This document shows positions 13,094 through 25,405 of a stretch of DNA of 64,000 nucleotides, in pieces (position 1 is the stretch's first letter; every line of letters begins with the position of its first letter). The notes under the pieces were generated by a model, which saw only the letters and a program-made list of their open reading frames with translations, was not told the DNA's origin and made no database searches. The stretch is from Phoronis australis (Eukaryota; Animalia; Phoronida): NCBI GenBank assembly GCA_002633005.1, contig NMRA01000683.1:142070-206069 (forward strand), read 5' to 3'. The position numbers and the translations under genes are program-made.

Positions 13094-14150
13094 AGGAGAA
13101 TGCCACCCAAAAATCAACCTATTTTGAATCAATTAAGATCGACTAGTTCCATTCGATAACTGCAAGTACAGCTCTTTTACCTGACACCTGACGGCAGACG
13201 GAGGTGTTGAAATTAACCAATGACGTCAGAGGTTCAAATGCAATTTGTTCAGCAGTTAACAACACGCTTACTGGTGTCAGGTTATCGCTTGTCTAAATAT
13301 ATCGTTTTACACCAATAAATCTTCAAAACTGGATGTAAAGCCCTTGCTAATAACCTGAGTTATTGAACAAATGAGTTATTTTATTTCGCGATTACTGATT
13401 TTTAGGTATTTGAACGTACAATAGGCCAATTTATCAAGGTCGGTCGCGGTAGTTTGGGCAGGGTGTGTTCGGTGAAATTATTCGTCCGTGAAATACAGAC
13501 AGTTGAACATAGCTGCGTGCTATAATTTTAGACTAGTTTTTTTACAGTTCTAAACACACAAAACGCTTGCTATTCCGGGCCAGTGGCTCGTAATCTGATC
13601 AGGCCCACCACGGCCGGACTGAAGATGTCACGAACACAAACCAGCCAACGTTGGAAACTAAGCTTCGAGTCACGAAAAGACTATACTGGTGATCCAAAGA
13701 AAAAATGTGCACGTGGTTATTTTTGTGAATTAGTCGCAAAACTGAAAATTTACTTACTAGCTAGTAGGGGGGCGCGAAGGCAGGTTACCCTTCCACATCG
13801 GAACCGTCAAGTTAAAAGTTGTACAGTACCAATGATTCGAATAATGTATATGAATGTCTAAGTAAAGATTACCCTAACATCCTGACAATAGGGTGTAAAA
13901 TGGAGGTGTTGTTTCACAACAGCTTTCTCTCAGAAAACATTGAATTAGCATGCGCTCACACGGCCTCGGAGCCCGGTCAATTATTTTATTGCATCTAAAG
14001 CCCGTAACACAGTATCTGGCTTCTCAAAACATTTGCACTCACGAACACTTCAGGGCATTACAATCTGTATCTAATGAGACATACTTTGTTTCAGTTTTAT
14101 ATAAGCATTGGATACGATTTACATATTTCAATGAAGACGCGACTTAGATC
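13094..14150 (+). mobile_element. Truncated Kolobok-type DNA transposon (left part)
   Basis: Terminus TTAA|AGGAGAATGCCACCC; colinear with the full copies at 37413 and 54837. Confidence 0.8.
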
Positions 14151-14455
14151 TGTTTATTCTAGTTCAATTCAGTTCTTTAAAACTCTCTAAATAACGAATA
14201 TTGTCACTGGAGTTCATGAAAACATGGCTGACAAATTATCGTATTTTCATAAACATCGTTCCATTTTTTTAAATGCACTCCAGAATTGATTGTGCGAAGT
14301 TTCCAGAAAAAATCAAATGTGTAAGAATCACTAACATGACTGAATACTTGAAAATGACATTCAGTTGTCGTAGGTTTTGCTGCTGCAAAAAGAGAATTTG
14401 TAGCTTAGAAATTATCTCTATGCCATACGATAGACTATTATTAATTATTAATATA

Positions 14456-15754
14456 CGAAGGTCGTTCAATAAGTTCTCGGCCTCACCAAGAAAACAGAGA
14501 AGCAGGTTAAGTTTTTTCACCATAGTAAAATTTCATCTTTTAAAACAGCACTGCGTTCATGTTGAATTAGTACGGTCAACCGCCGCTGGGTGTCGCTGCT
14601 TCAAAAAGCAGAAGACAACACCTTTAGCAACATGGAGATAACGGAGACGAAAGCCGTCATGACGTATTTGGGTAAAAAAGGATGAAACCAAAAGATATTC
14701 ATGAAGAGATGCGAAAAACACTCGGAGCAGACTCCCCGAACTACTCCACTGTAAAAAAGTGGTCAGCTTGTTTCAAGAGGGTTAGAAAAATCGTTGAAGA
14801 TGAACCTCGTCCAGGACGTCTCAGATTATCGACCTCCAGTGAAAATGTGCAGAAAATTCATGCTGTGTTATGAAAGACAGGCGAATGACTATTCAACATT
14901 TGGCAAACACTGTTGGCATCAGCAATGGGTCCGTCTCTAACATTTTGAGTGAAGATTTGGGCATGAGGAAGCTGAGTGCACGATGAGTGCCAAGAATGTT
15001 AACTCAAGATCAGAAAATGACCAGAATGCAAATTTCAAAGGAACTTCTAGGAACATTCCAAGCAGATCCAGCCAAATTTTCCAGAAGACTTGTAACCCAG
15101 GATGAGACATGGGTCCACCACTTTGACCTGGAATCAAAACAACAAAGTAAACAATGGAAGCATGTGGGTTCCCCAAGCCCGAGAAAGTTCAAGTTGGAGG
15201 CCTCTGCCAGCAAAGTTATGGCATTTGAGTTCTGGGACAGCGAAGGTACAGTGTATTCAGATGATCGACTACTTGCGACGAGGACACACTGCTACTGGGA
15301 ATTACTATGCATCACTTTTGGAAAAACTAAAAAAAGCAAACAAGGAAAAGAAACGCGGGAGGTTTCGGGATGGAGTGCTGTTGCTTCCAGAAAACGCACC
15401 TGCCCAAACTACCCAAGTTGCGGTGACTGAAGCAACTAGATGTGGCTTTGAAATCCTTCTGCACCCCGCCTATTCTCCAGACCTGGCCCCATCTGATTTG
15501 ATTTGTTTCCACATTTGAAGGCCAACATGCTGCGTGGACGCCAGTATATGAGCGATGGTGACGTCATGAGTGCAGTGGAGAAGTATTCTGAGGGGCTCGA
15601 CAAAAGTTTCTTTTACGAAGGCATTGCAAAACTGAAGCACAGATGGAAAAAATGCTTTGATGTAACGGGAGATTATATTGAAAAATAAAAGTCAAAATTA
15701 GTTGCTATCGCGTTGTTTTCTGGGTGAGGCCGATAACTTATTCAACGACCCTCG
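14456..15754 (+). mobile_element. Full-length mariner element with disrupted transposase (~14632-15688)
   Basis: TIRs cgaaggtcgttcaataagttctcggcctcacc / ggtgaggccgataacttattcaacgaccctcg with TA TSD. Motifs (W)VPRML, LVTQDETWVHHFD and HPAYSPDLAPSD are present, with frameshifts and stops. Confidence 0.95.
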
Positions 15755-15921
15755 TAGATAACGACCATGTAATGAAATACAAAAATCCAGAAAACATGTA
15801 AAAAAACAGGTGTTTATATTGCTGTTCCTTCGGGTTAGATTTAGCAACACGTAACTTAGAATAGAGTTATTTGTTGTATATTGGGTGTAGTGGCTATGTG
15901 CTAAACGCATGAACGCGTTAA

Positions 15922-18900
15922 GAGTGAAGAACGGCTCACAGCAGGCAAAAATGCCCAGAGGGGTGATAAACCCAATGTCACCGATTTGAACCATACTATG
16001 CATTTTAGTTACCTTTGGGATGATAAACAAAACAGTAAAGTACAATCTCATTTTACCTTGTTTAAGTGGGAGAAATCAGGGAGCCTCTATTTTGGGGGTA
16101 TGCCGTGCAATGAACTCGCCGAAAATGCCTTATTTGCACTGCTCAATAAAAAATATCGGCGCACGAGATCATAATTTGTTTGTAATTTTTAAATAAAGCA
16201 AGTCTTCGACTTTACAAAGATGTTAAACAATACTCATTTACTCTGCCGCTAAGTTAAAAATTTCAGGCATAAAGTATCGAGGGGTCAGAGGTTAACAAAT
16301 CATTGCAATTTCGCCACACTTTGAGCCCGTATATCTCAGCTGGCACAACACTGATCAACACCAGACTTTAACACAAGACGTTTTTATCTTATTGCTGTTG
16401 ATTAATACAATAAATTTTTCTGGCGCGGAACATTTTTCTATACAAATTGCAAGATTGCGACAACCACCTGAGTAGAAATTACCTTCAATACCGATACCTG
16501 TTTGGAACACCAGTAAAGTGCATAGTTTTGATTCAAAAGTTGATTTATTAATATTTAGTTATGTGTCATTAAGTCAGGCCCAATTGTTTAAGGTATTTTT
16601 CCCTTTTAATTAAAATTCCGCGTTTTTCGTGAACCAAGTGTCCAACAACAGGTGTCACTTTAGGGGTGGCAAAATGGTTCCGGTTGGCGAATCCTGACTT
16701 GCTGTGTTATCTGCTAGTATGATGGAGTGTGATGAAGTGTATGGAACCTCAAAAGAATGTCCTCGGCACGTGTGTGAAATCTTGATGCGGCATATAGTGA
16801 GTAGCAAACCACCGCACCTACAGACTGTGCGGCAACTGATTTTGGCGAGAGTCGGACAATTTATATATGCGTGTTCACCGGACCCGTGTCACACCTGTGT
16901 GACTGCGTCCAAAGCAAGGGCAAGACACCGGGCTCATCTTGGAATTCTGTGGAAACCATATAGACCCTGCAAACACCCATTTCATTAGTGGTAGCTCGAG
17001 TGCCAAGCCTGAAGTGGGGATGCTGGTTGAAATGTCTAAAGTCAACTTACTTTCACAGGAACTCAACAATGTCAATGCATTTGTGTTCTTTCCTGTTGGA
17101 TCTGGTGAGTACTACTACTGCTTTGTTTGAATTTGAGGTTATCACGATAGCATTGTGGCGATAATAGTCAGTTTTGTGGATACATGATTCGAGAACCAGT
17201 TAGCAGCGCTAGAAACAACAGGTGTTATTCTAATACAGTACCCTGCAATGCAAGTTACTGGTTCCTCCTTTCAGGAAGATCAAAAACTGTGTGACCATGC
17301 ATGTACCACAAAAATGTAACAACAATACTTGTTTTTGAACATGTAGTATAGACAGAGCTTTTTATTGTACACACTGTTGAAATCTAGTAGTCCTATGCCT
17401 GCATCACTGTTAACAACTGATTAACAGTCTTGTGTTCCTAACGGCAAATCAGTGATATACCTGCCCTGTCGCCGTTGTTGGAGTCTAGGCTAGCCTAGAG
17501 CTATTCAGTCCACTTACTAGTAGCGTCTTGTGTTAGTTGTAAGTTTAGTCTGAGATTATGTGCACCTAGTGACCTGTACCTGTTTCAAGCGGAAAATGCA
17601 ATATCTCGGACTTTCACTTTTCAACAACCGATATTGTTGTGATGCGTCTTCTTTTTAGTTCATTACAGGAAGTATTTTTTCTATAGATATATTGATGAAT
17701 GCTGTAGTTATAGCATAATAAATTCCAATTTTAACTGACAACCTGCGTGCTGGAATTTCTTTTCACTTCAGCTGTCAGTGAATTATGTTATTCTGGAAAT
17801 CATAGCGTGTCGTTATGTTTTATGAGTACCACTATGTTGACATTTGTTGTCTGGATATGATATTCATTTGATGTCCAAAGGAATCCAATCAAACTGACAA
17901 AAATAAATCAAGTACCCACATTGTTTTTTCTTGTTGTACTTATGGCCGTTTTACATATTACACTCCATGGGTCAAATGAATTATCTCAGCTAAAATCATT
18001 GGATCACTCAGCGGCAGTCACACATGTGTAGTGGCTGGGCTCTGCAAAGTTCTGCAAAAAGTGTATAATTCGAGAGTGTTACAACCTGACTGTCATTTTT
18101 CAGAATGTAGAGCAACAAAGCAGACCCCGCAAAAACTGCACAGGCGATGAAGACGGATGAGCAGTTTCGGGAGGAAGGCTGGCTGACACTACAACAGGAT
18201 AAAGGTTTCTTCTCACGCTTGGCTGCCTTGAACCGCGCTGGAAAATGGTCAAATGAGGGAGATAATGAACTTGACAGTCAGTGATGTCCAGTAATACTCC
18301 GGATTTCATCTTTGTTCGAACATTATACAATCTTTTGGGTTGTCTGAGTGATTTAACCACTTGTTATTGATGTGATATTGTAGAAACTGAGATAAATGCA
18401 AAATGCAATATAGCAACACTTGCTGTGATTTTGTCAGTAAAATTTAGGATGTTTAGTCATTGTTCTGGTTGAAACTTTGCTGTCCAATTTATTTAAAGAT
18501 GCTGGTATTTCAGTTTTCATCTTTCAAATTCATATTACACTCAGTCTCTCCTAACTAAAAAGCAAAGCCTTATCTGAGTGTTAACTTATGTACAAGCTTC
18601 AGGAAGGGTAAAGACTTAGGCATACCTGAATTTATACAAACTACCATGGAAAACACGAGATGTCTAAATGTGCACACTGGCATTCAGATCAAAGAACACA
18701 CTTGCATGTCTCGTTTTTCCACGCTACTTTGTACCACTTAACTGGATGACCAGTGTTAAACCAAATTACAGTCACATTAAATATAATTTTGACTTTAATC
18801 TGTTCCAACATTGTTTTTGCAGAATGAGAGATATTTATACGGTATGTGATGATGAGTTAAGGGTGTTGCCGAGATCACCTGTATTCTGAATTGTTAACTT

Positions 18901-20965
18901 CGGGAGTGTCATGTTTGAGCCAATTCACTGGTATTTAGATCTTTTAACACATTTAGACATCTCGTGTTTTCCATGGTAGTTTGTATAAATTAACCAGGCA
19001 ATGAGTGTTAAACCAGATTCTGGTCGCATTAAATGTCACTTTTTACTTTAATGTGGTCCAACATTGTATATACAGACTGGGGAGTTACGTGTACCGTATG
19101 GGATGAGGAGGTACATGTAAGCGAGATCACCTGTATTTTAAACAACTAACATAGGAGTCTCCTATTTGAGCCAGCCCATTATAATTAAGATCAAACACCA
19201 CATTTAGATATCTCTGATGTGACTTTGCCTTAGAAAGTTGGTAGTCTTGCTATTAAAGCACCTCGAAGACTAATTAGCAGTTAGAACCCAATGTGCATGA
19301 AGTTATATTTTGAACTGAGTTTCAAAGTTTATATGTTGTATATTGTTTGTCTGCTGAGAAGTCATGGGAAAACATGAGCTACATTACAATACTTGTCGTG
19401 TTCTCATGGACTTTATACTGAAAGCAGTCTTTATCATCCTCACTTTTTTCACATGACCTCTGCACTGGATCATGCATCCAACATGAGGCATTTATATAGT
19501 CAAGTAACAGCTGATCACCTGGAACAGGATACATGTACGTTTGCCCTCTGGAGGACTGGGGAGTAATATGAATTCACTCTTTAGACTTCTCACAACTAGT
19601 CACACACACTTATTCAAGTACGTTCCTCTGTGCCTCCCACTGCTCAAGTGAAATATCTTCTCACTGGTAGCTGGTTCCATGTTGTAAGCCCCCATTGCTA
19701 CTCCAAGTCTCCTATTTTTCACTTGTGTCAATCACAGCAAAATGCGCGCAGATAACAAAATGATAACGATAGCCAGCCATGCCACTTCAAAAGTGAAGTT
19801 ATTATGACATTGGCGGCTATATAACGTCCACGGAATGACTCCGACCAGTGGTTTTGCATTTGCCTCTCCTGTAATTGCCAATGAATCTTTCACCTTGACA
19901 CTGTCCTCCGCTTTCAACGCCCTGCATCAAAACCACTTGAAGATTCTTAAAGAAATGTTTGCTCAGACACACTCCACAGCTAACCCACAGTAAAAGCATC
20001 TTTGTAAACAGGACAATCTCAGATAAAGCCATAAATAAATGATCTTGTTCATACAACACTGTAAGATTTGAAACGTCGCAAGTGGGGAGAGGGCATCACG
20101 ATTTTTGAAGGAAAATGTTCTGAAAATGATGTGTCGGCGTTTTTTTCTTTTTAGCCTTGCAAATAAGATTACTGAGCTTTGTAAAACCAGTGAGATTTGA
20201 ATTTCGACTCTCGCAAAAGGTGTCCTGCCAAAACTACTGCTATTTGCGTAGTAAGTATCCTAATTCCATGACTACGAGCACTTTTAGAAATAATGTAGTG
20301 TACCCTCGTTGCCTAGAAAATACGAAATTTGATGAATGATAAATTGATTCGCCGTTTGCTGGCCAACTATTAACAAATGTTCACTTTTTGTTGACGTTTG
20401 TCGGCATTACTCATTGGGGTGAAATGGCGTAACCACCAGTCATTTTTAACTTCAAATGACATGAAATCCGTTCGCGCCAGGAAATTTTTTTTGTCTCATT
20501 TTGTAGACCTAAAATAGCTCAACACACTGGTTGGCACTAAAATGTTCTGAAACCTGTGCCAGCTGAGATATCGGGATACGAATTTAGCCAATTTTGACAG
20601 TTTCAAAAGTCACTTAAAGTACTCATCTTATGCGGCTCTAAAGACAGACAAAAATATCAAAATCGTTTAAATTTTCATGAATAAAGTAGTCGAAGGTCAC
20701 ACCTGATCAATAACACAGGTTCAATATTTCAATGTTACTTCCACTGCGTAACGTAACTGTCGGAATTTTACTTAAACTTAACTGCCGCCAGGCTGAAAAC
20801 TTGTCGGAAACAAATAGTATCCATGCAAACCAAAAGGGGGCGTTTTGAAAAAAATAAAGGTGTTCCGGAGTCAGTGGGGCCAGTGTCATCTCACAGACAA
20901 AATATAAAGAGAATCTGTGACATAGCGTTTATGACCCTCTGCCTGGTCAATTCGCGAACATGCTC
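15922..20965 (-). mobile_element. Sola3-like DNA transposon relic with long degenerate TIRs
   Basis: Ends TTAA|GAG ... CTC|TTAA. Inverted matches extend several hundred bp (cagaggggtgataaac/gtttatgaccctctg, tatctcagctggcaca 16333 vs 20555, ctggcgcg 16420 vs 20472). Weak transposase-like remnants lie on - at ~19690-19950. Confidence 0.6.
18629..19215. repeat. Perfect 44-bp inverted repeat plus ~250-bp degenerate tandem duplication
   Basis: 18629-18672 is the exact reverse complement of 18948-18991. gtgttaaacca..gagatcacctgtatt recurs at ~18753 and ~19005. Confidence 0.8.
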
Positions 20966-21299
20966 TTAAGTCGTGGAAAGTAAATCCACTCTTTCAATCT
21001 TGTTGAACGTTTCATTGTTCTGTGGCATTTGATATTTGAAAACACCTCGCATTTTGACTTACGCAATTTTTGTATAGCAATTTTGATCTCTTGTATGACA
21101 TTATTTTGGAAGAGGAGACGCCATTAGGTGACTCTTTAGCCAGTCACAAGCTAAGAAACTGAGAATATTCACAATGTCGTATTCATTACCTTAACAAATG
21201 ATGCGAAAATGAAACTGATACTTTGGAAACCGTCAACTTTTTGTTTATATCCATTAAGTAAACAATGCAAGCATCAGCAAATATTGTTAAAATTTTAAA

Positions 21300-21900
21300 T
21301 TTTAAGTAATTCTTTGCGACATAAATTAACTTTCAACTGCGTGAAGTAATTACTGGCGGCGTCAAATGATTATTTGCGGTGTTAAAATTTAACTGTTCAC
21401 CCCAAATAAATACTTTACACTGTTAAATGTTAATTTGCGGTGCTAAAGGTTAATTTACGCCGCAAATAATAACTTTACGCCGCAAATAATTACTTTATGC
21501 CAATAAACGATAATTTACGTGGCAAATAATTATTTAACGCCGCTAATATTTAATTTGAGCTGTTAAAAGTGAATTGGCACACAGGTACTTTAAGCCGCAA
21601 ATAAATACTTTACGCTGCAAATAATTACTTCACGCCACAAATAAGAGTTTTACACAGCTAAAATTTAGTTTATGACATAAAATAATACTTTAAGCCGCAA
21701 ATCATTACTTTACGAAGTAAATACTTTCCTTACGCCAGTAAAAATTAGTTTACACCGCAAATAATTACTCTACGCCGCAATTAATTACTTAACGCCCAAA
21801 AATACTTTACGTGGAAAACAAATACTTCACGCCTCAAATAATTTCTTTACTTAAAAATAATAGCTTTACGCCGTTAATGATTAATTTACGTCACTAACAA
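21300..21900. repeat. ~22-bp minisatellite (tttacgccgcaaataattac) with inverted units at its left end
   Basis: Many ttacgccgcaaataa units at 21455-21900; reverse-oriented ttatttgcgg units at 21370-21445. Confidence 0.85.
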
Positions 21901-22666
21901 AATTGATTTACACAGTCACGTAATTTTCTTGCGTAACGTTCACCCAACGATACAGGACTTGTTGCGAGAGTTTGCACTGTGAATATTCGACTGTCTGCTC
22001 AACTGAATTGTGATCGAGTGTTTGAATTATCAAATCAAGCCTTATTTCATTGCTTCATTTTCCTTTTCATTTTGTCGCGTTTGCTCTTCAAGCGAGACTT
22101 TGGACTACGTTTCTAGACAACCAGCGATTTCCTGGCAAAATTAGTCAACAAAACCGATAAATACGTTTAGCAATTCTTTATTCACCCCTACCTTTGGCCC
22201 TGGTCCCATACCAGGAATACTCCGGCCTATGAAATCTTTTCATCTCTTAGAACCACTTTTGACATCTTATCAAATTACATGCCAGGAGTTTTTCAACAAG
22301 TCGTTTTTGGTGTTAAAATTACGTTACTGTATTTTACTTAAAGAAGTGACATTTGGTACCTGAATGTTTGTTCTGCAGTTATAAATGAAAATTTTAGCCT
22401 CTACTAGCAGATGTGTTTACGTGACTTGCATAGCTAAATCTGTGTGTTTGTGTTTGGATGAATTATTTCTGTTTTCAATTGTTTCTATAATAACTCATTT
22501 TTTCAATGTTTACCTGTTGTCCAGGCTTTTTTCCTTATTCAATTTTGAGCTATGAATGTTATCTGTTAACTTACACATTCCCGTGAAATAAAATTCAAGA
22601 AAAGAAAATTAAAAAATTCCAATTCAATACTTTCTTTTGCTGACAGCGTACATTGTACTTGCCAAT

Positions 22667-25405
22667 GGGGCTATTCGGAGAATTCTCCTCGCGGTGTCAC
22701 TGCTGTACTAGTGGTGATTGAATTGCGCATGCGTGGCTGTCTGCATGTAAACAACTGGTAAAAGATGGAATTTTTATCAAAATACGTCGTCGCGCTAAGC
22801 CTTATTACTGCTAATTTCCCTGGCTCAAGTCTTCGACAGGTGGCCACAAATTCCCAAAAGACCTAAGGTTACTATATTCGTGGACAACTGCGGTCAACAG
22901 GGTCAACTAACTGACAAAAAAGTGTGTGGATGCTGAAGCCCCGTGTGTGCTCTATGTCTATGACTATGCAGTAATTCGGGGACTACACAACATTACTTGG
23001 TAAGTTTTTAGCAATCAGTTTCTATCAACATCGTTCGGTGATGTTATCCCCACCATTTACCCCACTGAGTAACAGTTTTATTGAGTGGAACTAAGTGTTT
23101 CTTTTTGGAAACTCACCCGATGCCGAGTACGCTAGCAGCACATATTCATATTGTCCTGGGTGGGAGTGCTCCCAAAATAAGAGGTGTATGGTACGTGATA
23201 CACAGAAGTCAAGAGTGACTTTTTCACAGCAGTTTCTCTTCAAAACTATGCTCTTTCCAATAAAATTCTCTAGATGAGTGAGTTTCCTTATTTTATCGTG
23301 GACCCCACCCCCAGGCCCACCAGCTCAGTTATCGAATTAACATGAATAAGTCTAAATTCAGTAAATGTCGTAACATTGCATTGGAAAAAATTGACACCTA
23401 GAATGAATTTTACTTGTTGAGATCAGAAGCACATTTTAAGTGTCATGAAAAATACACATTGTTTAATCACTTTTAGCCTGTTTCACATATTTTATGCAGT
23501 TATTAAATAAGACTTGGGTACAAAGATTATTAGTTTCTACATATAAACATGAAGATGAAACGTCAAGTATGTTCTGCCTTACTAAAGTAGTTTTGTCTTG
23601 TCTTTTCTTTTACAATTTGCTAATATTTCTATTCTGTTACACGCAAGGAAAAGCAACTGAAACCAACCGCCTGACCATCTATTTCACCGTTGGACAAAGT
23701 GAAAAGCAATCCTTTAGCAATAACCTGAGAGAATTGAACGTAATTCAGTAATTCAGCACCTGGTGTGCCTGATTATGGACTCCCTCACAATGTTGTTTCT
23801 TTCTGTGCTTTTTCAGTTTGCCATTTGTTTTTAAATACACTGATAATTGTTTATTCTCGAATCTTATGCATAGCAGCTAGCTACAATTGAAAACATACAA
23901 TAAGACAATCGATGCAGTCACTGAATGTCATTTCCCCATAATCTGTACCAAATTGAAAAGTTTTTACCAATAGTATAAAGCCTTTCTTCTGAAAGGAAAA
24001 TTTAATGTCACTCAGCTTTTGGGTTTCATTTCAGTGGGTTCTAGTTTCAATGGCCTATAGAAGCGCTTGTAAAAAAGGTCCAGTTTCAACACGTGGCTTT
24101 CTTTCATGTAACCTCATTCAGCCTCAATAACATCCACAATTAGACCCTTGAAGGTAAACACAGCAACATATCACTTGAACCGTTTTGAGCCCAAAATCAG
24201 ACTCTGAACTAGACCAGAGTGTGACTAGGTCTTCTTTAGCTTCAGTCCCTCATGTTTCTTCCAGGAAAGGATATAAGCTATTGTCCACACATGACTCATT
24301 GCCTATGAAAGGGCATCCTCACCAACAAGGCTTATTTGTGTAGCAGTCAGATGTAGTTCGTCTGGATACACAGACACTCCACTGGCACATTGTCTTATGG
24401 TAACTTAGTACTGCGATTCACATTTCTCCAGGGCCACTGACTTGCACATTGTGCTATGCAGCACTGCTGGTGTGTGGAAGTGCTGTGGGAAGAGAACGGA
24501 GTAACAAAGCTTGACTATGATACAGCTTGAAGTGGCCTTAAAATGTCACTGAACCTGGAACAAATATTGAAATATGAATAATTAAGTACTCCAGATTGGA
24601 TCAAAAATGTTATCTCTGTTTTTCAAAAATATATGGTGATTGGTCTACAGTTTCACATAAAAGTAAATAATTACTATTTTCAGAAACCAAGGGTGTATAT
24701 AATGAATATTGCATAAAACTGTGTCTTTATTTTTTATCCCTAGCCATAACAATTCTTTGAACGCATATCTTCTCTGCACGGTACAAGCCTTCAAACCTAA
24801 AAACCAAAGGTTACGTGAAAACGAACGTGCTAGATTTTCATTTTAACGTGTAGATTTCCAGAAGACATATGATAGGGAGTAAACAAATAGTCTAATGCAA
24901 TGGATATTTATCACTCACGTACCCTTTGCCATTGGGATTGGATTGTAATCTTAACTCATTAACCTGTATCGAGTTGACAGCATAAACATTCAGCATTGAT
25001 TGATGTAACTGTCACTGATAAACTTCTAGAAATCATTCCAAAAAAAATAATGCTTTGATGTACGAAAAGATTCCGATTGCTACGTCAAGTATCGTATCAC
25101 ATATCACAACATACAAAGATTAACCAGACTCTGGCTGGCGACTGACTGCCGCGAAGTCGACATCGGCGAGTGCCTCAGTTAACAGGCATCGGTAGAATAA
25201 TCATGGAATAATCGTTTAAATAATCACAAACCTTACCTTTGTATGAGGTCGTGCTTACTTCCTTTTTACGCAATCTCAGATTCAGTTGGCACGACTGCAA
25301 GCCATTTCACCATGTATTTAAAGGGCTCGCGAAATCGAGGCTGTTAAACCATCACCACTAGTACACGCACGCCCTATAGTTATTGTAGATTTTCTGAATA
25401 GCCCC
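22667..25405. mobile_element. Degraded ISL2EU/IS4EU-like DNA transposon
   Basis: TIRs AT|GGGGCTATTC..GAATAGCCCC|AT, plus an inverted tgtactagtggtgat. A THAP-like remnant is on + (KFPKD..RVCS, 22848-22956) and a SAP-like remnant is on - (KWLQS..LRKKGSKHDLIQ|gtaag, ~25235-25312). The TIR element is clear; the superfamily is inference. Confidence 0.6.

Noticed and set aside
21300-21900. CRISPR-like array
   Set aside because: The units are degenerate tandem repeats without unique spacers, the context is eukaryotic, and there are no cas genes.
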